Below are positions 20,860-30,934 of a stretch of 64,000 nt of DNA, one piece after another. Within the stretch, counting starts at the first letter, position 1. Every line of letters starts with the position of its first letter. Origin of the DNA: a bacterium (GTDB lineage Bacteria > UBA8248); the NCBI GenBank assembly GCA_965207065.1, contig OZ242260.1:1248001-1312000 (forward strand). The letters are read 5' to 3'. The notes under the pieces were generated by a model, which searched no databases, was not told where the DNA came from, and saw only the letters and a program-made list of their open reading frames with translations. The position numbers and the translations under genes were made by a program.

Positions 20860-21525
20860 ATGAAGAACCTGCGCACGATAATGCTGACTCTTCTTGTCAG
20901 TGGGTTGTTTTTTGGATTCGTAACGTCAACATGGGCCGAGGAGACGGCGGCCCGGAGTTTTCACAAGCTCGCATGCGCGGATTATCCGCCGAGCAAGTCC
21001 CCATGGCGCGTCAAAAACATCTACGATTGCAAGACACGCGAATTGTTCGTGCCGTATCAGCTCTGGACCGGCGCAAAGTGGAATGGCCGAAAAGACGGGC
21101 CATGTATGCACAAAGCCGATACCACCTTCACGGTCAACAACAGGAGCGAGACGAGAATATGGGGCCCAAAGAAATGGATGAATCCCAAAACGGACAAGGA
21201 AGAAATGGTTTGGGTCCGGGAAAAGGTTCAAGGGTGGAAGGAGCAGTACTTCACCTGCCACGAAAAGGGGATCGGCAGGCTGTATGACAGCCGGAAGCCA
21301 CGATATTACCGGGTTGGGCGTTGCAAGTTCCCGGCCGGTCATGGCTGGAAAATTGGCGTTAAGACAGACTGCGTCAAGACTTCGTTGAAAATCACCCACG
21401 TCGGTCTGGATGATAAAGGCCACTTGAGTGAGATAAAGTTCGAGTATTGGTCCAGGAGGGAGAGGCTGGATCATATTTATCGCTACGTCCCCAACCAGGG
21501 CATGACGAACGCTTGGAAACAGTGA
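20860..21525 (+). CDS. Secreted basic Cys/Trp-rich hypothetical protein
   Basis: RBS, signal peptide ending TWA, six Cys, AT-rich flanks. Confidence 0.75.
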   Translation: MKNLRTIMLTLLVSGLFFGFVTSTWAEETAARSFHKLACADYPPSKSPWRVKNIYDCKTRELFVPYQLWTGAKWNGRKDGPCMHKADTTFTVNNRSETRIWGPKKWMNPKTDKEEMVWVREKVQGWKEQYFTCHEKGIGRLYDSRKPRYYRVGRCKFPAGHGWKIGVKTDCVKTSLKITHVGLDDKGHLSEIKFEYWSRRERLDHIYRYVPNQGMTNAWKQ

Positions 21526-21683
21526 AGGCGACGTGAATCATAAATGAGCGGCGATAGTTCCAGGGGTTGTATATTTTTCGTTATTCAGGCAAGAGAGCGG
21601 TATCACTTTGGATGGGGCATGCATAAATATAGACAATCCTGTGCTACATTAAAAACAATTTGTGATTTTCTGGAGGTTTTGGG

Positions 21684-23603
21684 TTGAAAGTCAAGTATGA
21701 CGTCATCGTCGTTGGCGGCGGACACGCCGGATGCGAGGCGGCCCTGGCAGCGGCGCGCATGGGCGCTCGGACCATGATGCTCACGATGAACCTGGACACG
21801 GTGGGCCTGATGTCGTGCAATCCGGCTATCGGCGGTCTGGCGAAGGGCGTCCTGGTGCGCGAGGTGGACGCTCTCGGAGGCGAGATGGCCCGCGCCATCG
21901 ACGCCACGGGCATCCAGTTCCGGATGCTCAACACGAAAAAAGGCCCAGCCGTGCAGGCCCTGCGCGCCCAGGCGGACAAGCAGCGCTACCGCGCGTATAT
22001 GAAAAACGCGGTCGAAAGCCAGGCGGGCCTCGATCTCAAGCAGGGGATGGTGCAAAAACTCCTGGTGAAAGACGGGGCGGTAGCGGGCCTTCAGGATCAT
22101 TTTGGCGTTACCTGGGAGGCCAAGGCTGTCGTTCTGACGCCGGGCACCTTCACGCGCGGGCTTCTCCACTATGGGGACAGGAAGGTGGAAGGCGGTCGTG
22201 CGGGCGAGGGTTCCGCGAACGAACTCACGAAGCAACTCGTTTCGTTCGGCTTCGCCATCGGCCGCATGAAGACGGGAACGCCGCCCCGGCTGGACGCGAA
22301 ATCCATTGATTTTCAAATACTTGACGTTCAGCCCGGCGACGAACCCCCGCTTCCGTTCTCATACCGCACAAAGGCCATCGAACAGGAGCAGATACCCTGC
22401 TGGATCACCTACACGAACCCGGCGACGCACGAGGTCATCCGGCAGAACATCGAGCGCGCACCCATGTACAACGGGCAGATCGACGCGATCGGCGTGCGCT
22501 ATTGCCCGAGTATCGAGGACAAGATCATGCGCTTCGAGGGCAAGCAGGAGCACCAGATATTCCTGGAGCCCGAGGGACGCGAGACTTGCGAGATCTACGT
22601 GAACGGGCTTTCCACCAGTCTGCCGGTGGACGTGCAAACCCGTATGTTAAGAACAATCAAAGGCTTGGAGAGAGCCGAGATGATGCGTCCGGGCTACGCC
22701 GTCGAGTACGACCACGTGGAGCCGACCGAACTCGGGCCGAGCCTGATGACGAAAAAGATGCCGGGGCTATTCCACGCCGGCCAGATCAACGGGACGACGG
22801 GTTATGAGGAGGCCGCCGCCCAGGGGATCATGGCTGGGATCAACGCCGTTCACTACCTGGGCGATAAGGAGCCTGTCGTATTGAGCCGTGAAGAGGCCTA
22901 CATCGGCGTTCTGGTGGACGATCTCATCACCAAGGGAACGGCCGAGCCTTACCGGATGTTCACCAGCCGGGCCGAGCACAGGCTCCTGCTCCGCCACGAC
23001 AACGCGGATTTCCGGCTGATGGAGCTCGGCCACAGGGTCGGTTCCCTGGATGAGGCCACCTGGCGCGCCTTTGAAGACAAGTCGAAACAGGCGAAAGAGG
23101 CCATCGCGTATCTCGAAACCACGACGGTGAACCCCAAACCGGACGTGCGGAGCGCGATGGAGACGGCGGGTTCCCGGCCGCTCAAGAAGCCGTCCGCACT
23201 TGCCGATATCCTGAGGCGCCCCGAGGCGGGGCCGGAACTGGCGATCCGGGTCGATTCCATTGATAAAGGCCGTTTCCGGGCGATTTGGGAGGCCCTGTGC
23301 CGCGAATCGCGGCGCTACGTGCTGGCGGAAGTGAAATACAAGGAGTATTTCGAGCGGGAATACCAGCAGGTTCACCACCTGAGGATGGCGGACCGGGTGA
23401 AGATACCCGAGAGCATCTCCTATTCAGACGTGGGCCACCTGACGGCGGAAGTAAGGCAGCGGCTCGAGCAGATACGCCCCAAAACCCTCGGACAGGCGAG
23501 CCGCATCTCGGGCGTGACGCCCGCCGCCGTCGCCGTGCTGGAGGTCTACATCCGCAAACAGAGCGGAAATTCGCGGGAGGAGGCCTCAGCGACTGTTTCG
23601 TGA
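21684..23603 (+). CDS. mnmG: tRNA uridine 5-carboxymethylaminomethyl modification enzyme MnmG
   Basis: [45 protein letters not shown]. Confidence 0.98.
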   Translation: MKVKYDVIVVGGGHAGCEAALAAARMGARTMMLTMNLDTVGLMSCNPAIGGLAKGVLVREVDALGGEMARAIDATGIQFRMLNTKKGPAVQALRAQADKQRYRAYMKNAVESQAGLDLKQGMVQKLLVKDGAVAGLQDHFGVTWEAKAVVLTPGTFTRGLLHYGDRKVEGGRAGEGSANELTKQLVSFGFAIGRMKTGTPPRLDAKSIDFQILDVQPGDEPPLPFSYRTKAIEQEQIPCWITYTNPATHEVIRQNIERAPMYNGQIDAIGVRYCPSIEDKIMRFEGKQEHQIFLEPEGRETCEIYVNGLSTSLPVDVQTRMLRTIKGLERAEMMRPGYAVEYDHVEPTELGPSLMTKKMPGLFHAGQINGTTGYEEAAAQGIMAGINAVHYLGDKEPVVLSREEAYIGVLVDDLITKGTAEPYRMFTSRAEHRLLLRHDNADFRLMELGHRVGSLDEATWRAFEDKSKQAKEAIAYLETTTVNPKPDVRSAMETAGSRPLKKPSALADILRRPEAGPELAIRVDSIDKGRFRAIWEALCRESRRYVLAEVKYKEYFEREYQQVHHLRMADRVKIPESISYSDVGHLTAEVRQRLEQIRPKTLGQASRISGVTPAAVAVLEVYIRKQSGNSREEASATVS

Positions 23604-23678
23604 GCGTCGTCGTTTAAAAAAGCATTTCTCCCTGAGCGGGCATCGAAGAAATTCTCCCATTTTTGTCGATATTGCCCC

Positions 23679-23725
23679 GTAGGGACAGGTCGCGACCTCG
23701 GACAGGCACGGGGGCCTGTCCCTAC
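23679..23725. repeat. Composite GTAGGGACAGG REP-like palindrome
   Basis: GTAGGGACAGGTCGCGACCTCGGACAGGCACGGGGGCCTGTCCCTAC. Confidence 0.8.
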
Positions 23726-23768
23726 GAGAGCCCACCCCCCCCCCCCCCGCTTCGCCAAAATTCCTCAC

Positions 23769-23784
23769 TGTTCCACGTGGAACA
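23769..23784. promoter_or_regulatory. parS: parS centromere site
   Basis: TGTTCCACGTGGAACA perfect palindrome. Confidence 0.92.
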
Positions 23785-23811
23785 TTTTCTCCTCTTATTA
23801 GCCGAAAAATA

Positions 23812-23827
23812 TGTTTCACGTGAAACA
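23812..23827. promoter_or_regulatory. parS: parS centromere site
   Basis: TGTTTCACGTGAAACA consensus. Confidence 0.95.
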
Positions 23828-23904
23828 TCCGGTTGTATTTTCAGGTGTGGTGTGAGAATCTTTGTTTATCGGTAGCCATTTTCACCCGCCCTGAAACAGA
23901 ATAT

Positions 23905-24750
23905 ATGGAAATCACACCCGGAGCGACCATCTCCCCGAGCGTTCCCGAGGCCGGAGAAAATGCGGCCCCATGTACGGTCGTGGCCGTCGTGAACCAGAAA
24001 GGCGGCGTCGGCAAGACCACGACGGCCGTCAACCTGGCGGCCTGCCTCGCCGTGGCGGACCAGCCGACACTTCTGGTCGACATGGACCCGCAATCGAACG
24101 CGACGAGTAATTTCGGTATATTTTCGCCTTCGTCTTCTCTCTACCGGGCGCTCGTGCTGGGCGAGCCGGTAGACGAAAATTCCTTGTATAATACTGATAC
24201 TAAAGGCCTTAAGGTTTTTCCTTCCTCCATCGATCTAGCGGGAGCGGAGGTGGAGATCGCGGATTTGCCCCAAAGGGAAAGCCGTTTGCGGAACATTATC
24301 GAGCCGCTCCGGAGCCGGTTCCGCTACATCCTCATCGACTGCCCGCCCTCGCTGGGTTTTCTCACCTTGAACGGCCTGCGGGCGGCGGATGAGGTGCTCA
24401 TTCCCATTCAGGCGGAGTATTTTGCGCTCGAGGGGCTGGCCCGGCTGATGAAGACGGTGGAGCGGATACGCGGGAGCGTTCATCCGGGCTTGAAAATAGG
24501 CGGAATCCTGCTCACGATGTATGATTCGAGGACGAACCTTTCGCGTCAGGTGAGCGAGGACTTGCGCTCCCATCTGCCGGAGTTGACCTACCGGGTCGTG
24601 ATTCCCAGGAACGTGCGCCTCGCCGAGGCGCCGAGCCACGGGAAGCCGGTAATCACCTACGACATCTCCTCGCCGGGCGCACAGGCGTATCTCGCGCTGG
24701 CGAGCGAGTTCATCATGCGCTCGAAGGAAAGGATGAGAAACCAGATATGA
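23905..24750 (+). CDS. parA: Chromosome partitioning ATPase ParA/Soj
   Basis: NQKGGVGKTT, DMDPQSN, IDCPPSLG, IPRNVRLAEAPSHG. Confidence 0.96.
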   Translation: MEITPGATISPSVPEAGENAAPCTVVAVVNQKGGVGKTTTAVNLAACLAVADQPTLLVDMDPQSNATSNFGIFSPSSSLYRALVLGEPVDENSLYNTDTKGLKVFPSSIDLAGAEVEIADLPQRESRLRNIIEPLRSRFRYILIDCPPSLGFLTLNGLRAADEVLIPIQAEYFALEGLARLMKTVERIRGSVHPGLKIGGILLTMYDSRTNLSRQVSEDLRSHLPELTYRVVIPRNVRLAEAPSHGKPVITYDISSPGAQAYLALASEFIMRSKERMRNQI

Positions 24751-25673
24751 CGACCATTCGGAAAAAAGTGCTCGGACGCGGCCTGGACGCGCTCCTGGCC
24801 TCCCAGGACGCGCAAGACCCCGCGCCGGCGGTGCTGGACCCTCCGAGAACCACCGCTGAAGAAGCGGGGATTCTGATGCGGCTCTCTCCCGCCCGCCTCA
24901 CCCCCGGCGTTCACCAGCCGCGCGTTGATTTCGACGAGGAAGACCTGGCCGAACTGGCCGAATCCGTGAAGCGCCACGGAGTTATCCAGCCCCTTCTTAT
25001 CCGGCGTGCCGCGAGCGGGGGATACGAGATCGTTGCCGGGGAGCGGCGCTGGCGTGCCGCGCGGATGGCGGAAGTCGACGAGGTTCCCGCCATCCTCACC
25101 GACGCGGGGGGAGACGAAGCGCTCGAACTCGCCATCGTCGAGAACGTGCAGCGCGCCGACCTGAACCCCATGGAAGAGGCGGCCGCGTACGCGAGCATGA
25201 TGGAGCGCCTCGGCCTCACGCAGGAGCAAGTCGCCGCGCGCGTGGGCAAGGATCGCTCCACCGTAGCGAACTACATCCGCCTGCTCAATCTGCCACCCTC
25301 GGTTCAGGAGAGCGTGGCCGCTGAACTCCTCTCCATGGGGCATGCCAGGGCGCTCCTGTCCTTGCGTACGGATGAAGAAATGGAGGGCCATGCCAGGGCC
25401 GCTACAGAAAAAAGACTCTCCGTGCGCCAGCTGGAGATGCGCGTGAGAAAAGCGCTTGAGGGGAAAAATGAGGCGAAGGAAGCCTTCCGCCAACCCGCTC
25501 CGCAGAACGGGCCGTCGGGGCCGCAGGCGCTTTATCTACGCGAGGCGGCGGGGCGGCTCAGAAGCGCGCTGGGAACGAAAGTCGCAATTACAGGCGATGA
25601 GGAGAACGGAAAGATAGAAATAGAGTATTATACGAGAGAAACACTCGAGGGATTGCTCCAGCGGCTTTGTTAG
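24747..25673 (+). CDS. parB: Chromosome partitioning protein ParB/Spo0J
   Basis: LGRGLDAL, QPR, AGERRWRA, ENVQRADL, HTH. Confidence 0.96.
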   Translation: MTTIRKKVLGRGLDALLASQDAQDPAPAVLDPPRTTAEEAGILMRLSPARLTPGVHQPRVDFDEEDLAELAESVKRHGVIQPLLIRRAASGGYEIVAGERRWRAARMAEVDEVPAILTDAGGDEALELAIVENVQRADLNPMEEAAAYASMMERLGLTQEQVAARVGKDRSTVANYIRLLNLPPSVQESVAAELLSMGHARALLSLRTDEEMEGHARAATEKRLSVRQLEMRVRKALEGKNEAKEAFRQPAPQNGPSGPQALYLREAAGRLRSALGTKVAITGDEENGKIEIEYYTRETLEGLLQRLC

Positions 25674-25712
25674 CTCTGGTTTTTCTATCGGGATTCATGC
25701 GAGGATCGTTGG

Positions 25713-26153
25713 ATGGCGAAAAACTACGAGAAGAGCATTCGCGCCTTTCTGGGAGAAGGCACCGAGTTCAAGGGCGTCATCACCTTCGAGGGAACCGTGC
25801 GCGTGGACGGCATCCTCGAGGGAGAGGTCATCACGGATGACACCTTCATCATCGGGACGGCGGCGAAGGTGAAGGCCGAGGTCAAGGCCGGCGTCGTCAT
25901 CGTGATGGGCCGGATGGAAGGCAAGATAGAAGCGAAGGAAAAGTGCGAGGTGAGGGTCGGCTCCCACGTGAGCGGGGAGATTTACACGCCGAGCATCTAC
26001 ATCGAAGAAGGCGCGGTGTTCGAGGGGACCTGCCACATGACGGGCGACGGCAGGGGCTCGGTTTCGAGCGCCGAGGAAGCGGAGGAGAACTCCGGGGTGG
26101 AGGAGGCTCCCGGGGAGGGTGAACCCCCGGCGCCCGCTCCCGAGGCGGACTGA
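25713..26153 (+). CDS. Bactofilin (polymer-forming cytoskeletal protein)
   Basis: LGEGTEFKG...VRVDG...IEEGAVFEGTCHM beta-helix pattern; acidic tail. Confidence 0.9.
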   Translation: MAKNYEKSIRAFLGEGTEFKGVITFEGTVRVDGILEGEVITDDTFIIGTAAKVKAEVKAGVVIVMGRMEGKIEAKEKCEVRVGSHVSGEIYTPSIYIEEGAVFEGTCHMTGDGRGSVSSAEEAEENSGVEEAPGEGEPPAPAPEAD

Positions 26154-26190
26154 GCGCCCGCTTCGGGACGGCTAAAGAAGGCGGCTGGAG

Positions 26191-26460
26191 ATGGCAAACG
26201 GTCGATCGGCTCTGGGAATTTTAGCAGGGTTTGTTTTCTGGTTGGGCATCGCATACTACTTCTACCAACGAGATTTTACGGGAGCGCTCTGGTTCGTCGC
26301 GGCCTTCGGTCTGATATACGGCGTCTATCGTTTGATCGCCCACCTGCTGGCCTCGAACCCGAAGCCCCGCCACATGCAGGATGAGGACGTCGACCCGCCG
26401 CCCCGCTCGGATCTGCCCGAGTATGATTTCAAAGACGTGGAACCGAAGGATTTCGAGTGA
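26191..26460 (+). CDS. Small 2-TM membrane protein
   Basis: RBS GGAG; two hydrophobic helices and an acidic tail. Confidence 0.6.
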   Translation: MANGRSALGILAGFVFWLGIAYYFYQRDFTGALWFVAAFGLIYGVYRLIAHLLASNPKPRHMQDEDVDPPPRSDLPEYDFKDVEPKDFE

Positions 26461-26490
26461 TGTTCCTCCCGAGAGACTTATAAGGCCCAT

Positions 26491-26865
26491 ATGTCCCAGT
26501 TCGTCATATACGCCCACAGCGGCGAGCCCGAGCGCATCCACCAGATAGCCACCCTGTCGGCGAGCGCCGCCGCGAACGGGGATGAGGCGCACGTGATCCT
26601 CTTCTTCGGTGCGCTCAGGCGATTCGTGGACGACGAGCTGGACTCATGCCTTCCGGCGGGAGAGGGAGCGCGCGGGGCGCATTCGGCGGAGGAACTCATC
26701 GAGTCCGCCAGAAGACTCGGCAAGCTCAAGATATACGCCTGCGCCGCGCAGCCCAAGCTCCTGGGCCTCGCGCCCGAGGACGTGGCGGACGTCGTGGACG
26801 AGGTAATCAGCCTCCCTGAGTTCATGCGGAAAACAAAAGGGGCGGAGACCAAGCTTTTCATTTAA
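26491..26865 (+). CDS. DsrE/DsrF-like family protein
   Basis: ASAAANGDEAHVILFF, KIYAC, C-terminal LFI pattern. Confidence 0.7.
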   Translation: MSQFVIYAHSGEPERIHQIATLSASAAANGDEAHVILFFGALRRFVDDELDSCLPAGEGARGAHSAEELIESARRLGKLKIYACAAQPKLLGLAPEDVADVVDEVISLPEFMRKTKGAETKLFI

Positions 26866-27005
26866 GCAGGTTCCTTCGCAGATTTCCCGCGCCGGTTTTC
26901 TCCCGGTGCATATAATGTGCTAGACAAGGATGAGCGCGGCTGCGTTACATGCCGCAATGCGCATGACGTTTTGAATTTCTTATCCAATCTCGACAGGAAG
27001 ACGAC

Positions 27006-27866
27006 ATGAAATTTCTGGCGGCAGCGGCCCAGATAGGTCCGAGGCTTGGAAATCTCGACGCGAACCGTGAACTGCTGGTCGAAGAAGTGAGAAAGGCAGA
27101 GGCGGAAGGCGTCGACCTCCTCGTTTTTCCCGAACTCTCGCTCACGGGTTATTTCCTGAAGGACATGGTTCCCGAGGTGGCCGTCCGGCGCAACACCTCG
27201 GCGATAAAGGAAATCGCCGCCTTGAGCCAGAACCTCTCCCTGGTGGTGGGCTTCGTGGAGGAATCCGGCAGGCACGGGTTTTTCAATTCCGCCGCTTATT
27301 TCGAAAACGGTGAACTGCTCCACGTGCACCGCAAGGTGTACCTGCCGACATACGGTCTGTTCGACGAGAACCGCTACGTGGGCAAGGGAGACAAGGTGCG
27401 CGCCTTCGACACGCGGTTCGGCCGCGCGGCGATTCTCATCTGCGAGGACGCCTGGCACCCGAGCCTGGCGGGCATCGCCTCGTTAGACGGGGCGGATTTG
27501 CTCATCGTTCCCTCGGCGAGTCCGGCGCGCGGGGTGAGCAAGGCGAACGGCGAGGGCGGCCTCGCGATCCAGCGCGTCTGGCAGTCGCTCACGAGAACCT
27601 ACGCCGCGTCCTACAACCAGCACGTCGTCTTCAGCAACCGGGTGGGCTATGAGGACGGCATCAACTTCTGGGGCGGTTCGGAAATCCTCGCGCCCAGCGG
27701 GGAGCCCCTCGCCCAGGCGGAGCGCGCGAGCGAGCAATTGCTCGTGACCGAAGTGGACACGGCGAACGTGCGCCGCGCGCGCATCGCATCTCCCACCCTC
27801 CGGGATGAGGACTTACACCTCACCCTGCGCGAACTCCGCCGCATCCAGCGCTCGCGCGAGGGGTAA
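27006..27866 (+). CDS. Carbon-nitrogen hydrolase (stand-alone glutaminase-like partner of NadE)
   Basis: E-K-C triad: FPELSLTGY, HRKVYLPTYGLFDE, ICEDAW; SASP, NRVG. Confidence 0.88.
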   Translation: MKFLAAAAQIGPRLGNLDANRELLVEEVRKAEAEGVDLLVFPELSLTGYFLKDMVPEVAVRRNTSAIKEIAALSQNLSLVVGFVEESGRHGFFNSAAYFENGELLHVHRKVYLPTYGLFDENRYVGKGDKVRAFDTRFGRAAILICEDAWHPSLAGIASLDGADLLIVPSASPARGVSKANGEGGLAIQRVWQSLTRTYAASYNQHVVFSNRVGYEDGINFWGGSEILAPSGEPLAQAERASEQLLVTEVDTANVRRARIASPTLRDEDLHLTLRELRRIQRSREG

Positions 27867-27882
27867 GGCCCGAGCGGGGAGG

Positions 27883-28362
27883 GGTTGTTGAAAAACCCTA
27901 ACGCCGTGAGCCAATCCTCTCTACCTTGCAGAGTGTCAATAACCATTCCCCCCGCAGTGATGCGCCCCCGCCGGGTAGAGGGGGCTTTGCTTTTTCTTGC
28001 CCCCCTGACAAGGGGGGGTAGGGGGGGTTGCTTCTGACGAGGAAAATCGGGGGTTCGTGCGGAAGCGGACTTCCCGCTAGAGGTGATGTCCCCAGACAAG
28101 GAATTTTCTTCGGGCATTCCCCTCGGAATGCCCGACCCCCTCAATGAGGAGTGAAAACTCCTTCCTCCCCGGTCGGGTTTGACGCCGGAACGACGATCAT
28201 AACGACACCGATGGGAAAGGTCCGTTCCCAAGAATTCAAGTGTTGATTGAATCCTAGGGACAACCCCTCCTCGGACAGGCACGGGGGCCTTGGACAGGTC
28301 ACGACCTGTCCCTACAAGAGCCTTACGAATCGAGACGGGCGGACACGCGGGTTCGTCCCTAC
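27883..28362. repeat. Mosaic of dispersed repeat modules (MITE left end, CCCCCCTGACAAGGGGGG module, REPs)
   Basis: GGTTGTTGAAAAA at 27883; 27959-28031 nearly identical to 46546-46618; 28101-28144 is an inverted match of 30826-30870; 28165-28198 matches segments near 57142 and 57250; REPs at 28271-28362. Confidence 0.8.
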
Positions 28363-28375
28363 GGATGGTCTCCTC

Positions 28376-29155
28376 TCACGCGTCGCGCCATTCGGTTCTG
28401 GAGGGCAGCGAGCCGCCCCGGAAGTTGAACAAGGTGGCGGGAGCGTCGCTCGCGTTGTGCACGGTGTGCCAAGCGCCGCCGGGCGTATGGACGAGGTCGC
28501 CCACCGACGCCTCGATGGTCTCGTCTTCGATGATGATGTTCATGCGTCCTTCCAGAACGAGTGTTCCCTCGTCAATCGTTTCCTGGTGACGATGGACGTG
28601 CGGCCTCCCGCCGGGCGGGAAGGAGACGATCTGGCATTCCAGGAATTCGGTGGCGATGGCGCGCGTGAGACCCTTCTCCTTCACGGAGCCTGCGTCGAAC
28701 GGCCCCGTGAGCGAGGCGACGTCGCCCTTGATGTAGGGGACGGGAGGCGCCATGGGATTTTCCACCGACTCGGGATCGGGACTGGGGGGCGGATCGCCCG
28801 GCGGCATGAGGAAGCCCGAAGGCATCCGGCCGCCCCTGAAGTTGAACTCGATCAGCTCGTCGTTGCTTATGTTCTTCATGTTGTGCATCGCGCCGCGCGG
28901 GTTCAGGAGCACGTCGCCCTTCGAGACTTCGAACGTCTCCCCATTGTTGAGGATAAGCCCGCGCCCGTTATAGATGAGGTAGCCCTCGTCCATCTCTTCG
29001 TGATGCGCGTGATAGGGAGGGTAGGCGCCGGGCGGAAGGACGATGGCCCGCACTTCCAGGTTCGGCGTATTGATGAGGATGGGCGAGCCTTTCTCTCTCG
29101 CTTCTTCCTCGTCGTAGACCCATTTTACGTCTTCGATGTTTCCCACGTATGGCAT
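28376..29155 (-). CDS. Bicupin protein
   Basis: Two cupin repeats: HAHHEEMDEG...GAMH...FNFRGG and HRHQETIDEG...GAWH...FNFRGG. Confidence 0.85.
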   Translation of the reverse strand: MPYVGNIEDVKWVYDEEEAREKGSPILINTPNLEVRAIVLPPGAYPPYHAHHEEMDEGYLIYNGRGLILNNGETFEVSKGDVLLNPRGAMHNMKNISNDELIEFNFRGGRMPSGFLMPPGDPPPSPDPESVENPMAPPVPYIKGDVASLTGPFDAGSVKEKGLTRAIATEFLECQIVSFPPGGRPHVHRHQETIDEGTLVLEGRMNIIIEDETIEASVGDLVHTPGGAWHTVHNASDAPATLFNFRGGSLPSRTEWRDA

Positions 29156-29307
29156 AAGGACTCCAGATATTCGGTGGATGGATGAGAGAAAGGTATCCTC
29201 AGGCCTCGTGCGGGGTCAATGGCCAGGAGGCGTTGCGCAGCGCGCGGACGGGAGGCATGATAGGGCCTGGTTTGTCACGCGATCACTTTTTGTTCTGGAG
29301 ATACGGT

Positions 29308-30159
29308 TTGCTGGACGAAGGACTCATCGAAGGCGCGATGGCGGAACTGGAGCTCGACGGCGAACTCGCCGCCGGCCTGCTGGCGGGCTTCATCAGGGAC
29401 GAAGTCACGAAAGTAGGCGTGAAGAAGCTCGTCCTGGGCCTTTCGGGCGGGATTGACAGCGCGCTCTCCGCATTCCTGGCCGCACGCGCCATGGGCCCCG
29501 AGAACGTGACGGGCGTCATCATGCCCTACCGCCTCTCGAACCCTCAGAGCGAAGCCGACGCGCGCGCGGTGGCCGAGGCGAGCGGAATCCACATCCGCGT
29601 GGTGGACATCTCCCCCCAGGTGGACGCGTATTACGAGCGCTTCCCGGACGCGGACAATCTCCGCCGGGGCAACAAGATGGCGCGCGAGCGGATGACGATT
29701 CTCTATGATCACTCGGCCTTCCTCGGCGCGCTGGTCGTTGGCACGAGCAACAAGACCGAACTCCTGCTCGGCTACGGGACCTTGTTCGGGGACATGGCGA
29801 GCGCGGTGAACCCCATCGGCGATCTGTTCAAGACGCAGGTGCGCCAGCTCTCGCGCCACGTCGGCGTGCCCGCGCAGGTGGTGGAGAAAGCGCCGAGCGC
29901 GGACCTCTGGGTGGGCCAGACCGACGAGCAGGAACTCGGCTACACCTACGAGGTGGCGGACGCCGTCCTGTACCGGATGATCGACTGCCGCTACACGCGC
30001 GAGGAGCTGCTCGGGGAGGGCTTCCCGCCCGAACTCGTGGACGGCATTCAGCGCCTCGTGCAGCGCAGCCAGTACAAAAGACGCCTGCCGCTCATCGCCA
30101 AGCTCAGCCAGCGCACCATCGACCGCGACTTCCGCTACGCGCGCGATTGGGGGCTCTAA
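29308..30159 (+). CDS. nadE: NAD+ synthetase (synthetase domain only)
   Basis: [39 protein letters not shown]. Start uncertain (TTG 29308 or ATG 29338). Confidence 0.93.
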   Translation: MLDEGLIEGAMAELELDGELAAGLLAGFIRDEVTKVGVKKLVLGLSGGIDSALSAFLAARAMGPENVTGVIMPYRLSNPQSEADARAVAEASGIHIRVVDISPQVDAYYERFPDADNLRRGNKMARERMTILYDHSAFLGALVVGTSNKTELLLGYGTLFGDMASAVNPIGDLFKTQVRQLSRHVGVPAQVVEKAPSADLWVGQTDEQELGYTYEVADAVLYRMIDCRYTREELLGEGFPPELVDGIQRLVQRSQYKRRLPLIAKLSQRTIDRDFRYARDWGL

Positions 30160-30298
30160 CGCCGAGCGCGCTTGAAGTCTGCTCTCACCTGTGGCATTAT
30201 AATCTTCCGAACGTCGATTACTCCTGCTTTATCTCAAACATGCGGCTCAAAGCGCGTGGTTTTTTTGAACTCTAGGACTGCAACAACAGGAGGGCGAA

Positions 30299-30757
30299 AT
30301 GGCAGCACTCAAAGAAGGAGCAAAAGCCCCCGCCTTCGCCTTGAGGGATGAGAACGGCAAGGTGCACCGGCTCTCGAAATACAAGGGCCAGAAGGTCGTG
30401 CTCTACTTCTACCCGAAGGACAACACGCCCGGATGCACGGCGGAGGCGCAGGACTTCAACAAGCAACTGCAGCGGATACAGAAGAAGAACGCGACCGTAA
30501 TCGGCGTCAGTCCGGACAACGAGGTCAGCCACAAGAAGTTCTCCCAGCAACTGGAGCTGGACTTCACCCTGCTGGCGGACCCCGACGGTTTGATCTCCTC
30601 AAAATACGGGGCCTACGGCGAGAAGACGCTGTTCGGCGAGAAGTTCAACGGCATCTACCGCACGACCTACATCATCGACGAGACCGGCGTCATCGAGAAA
30701 GTCTTCAAGGACGTCAAGGTGGCCGGACATACGAAGGACGTGCTGAAGGCGCTATAG
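30299..30757 (+). CDS. bcp: Peroxiredoxin BCP/PrxQ (1-Cys type)
   Basis: YFYPKDNTPGCTAEA, GVSPD. Confidence 0.93.
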   Translation: MAALKEGAKAPAFALRDENGKVHRLSKYKGQKVVLYFYPKDNTPGCTAEAQDFNKQLQRIQKKNATVIGVSPDNEVSHKKFSQQLELDFTLLADPDGLISSKYGAYGEKTLFGEKFNGIYRTTYIIDETGVIEKVFKDVKVAGHTKDVLKAL

Positions 30758-30776
30758 GCGGGCTTATCAATTCCAT

Positions 30777-30812
30777 ATCGCCTCGCTCTTCCGGGAGCGG
30801 GGCGATTTTTTT
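30777..30812 (+). terminator. Rho-independent terminator after bcp
   Basis: ATCGCCTCGCTC / GAGCGGGGCGAT stem followed by a T-run. Confidence 0.8.
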
Positions 30813-30825
30813 GTGGTACGGAGCT

Positions 30826-30934
30826 GTTGAGGGCCGGGCTTCCCGAGGGGAATGCCCGATGAAAAAGTTCCGATTTCGCAACCAGGCGAATGAAACCAAC
30901 CGGGGGGTCCATAAGGACAGGTCGCGACCTGTCC
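30826..30934. repeat. Dispersed repeat modules incl. GGACAGGTCGCGACCTGTCC palindrome
   Basis: 30826-30870 matches 28101-28144 (inverted); REP core at 30915-30934. Confidence 0.7.

Noticed and set aside
23735-23749. Poly-C tract (and poly-G near 59320) as a phase-variation switch
   Set aside because: Intergenic, next to repeats or a gene end, not within a CDS or an identifiable promoter spacer; homopolymer length may be an artefact.
28101-30870. Inverted repeat pair flanking cupin-nadE-bcp as a composite transposon or invertible segment
   Set aside because: The copies are diverged members of a dispersed family, with no recombinase and no target duplication seen.
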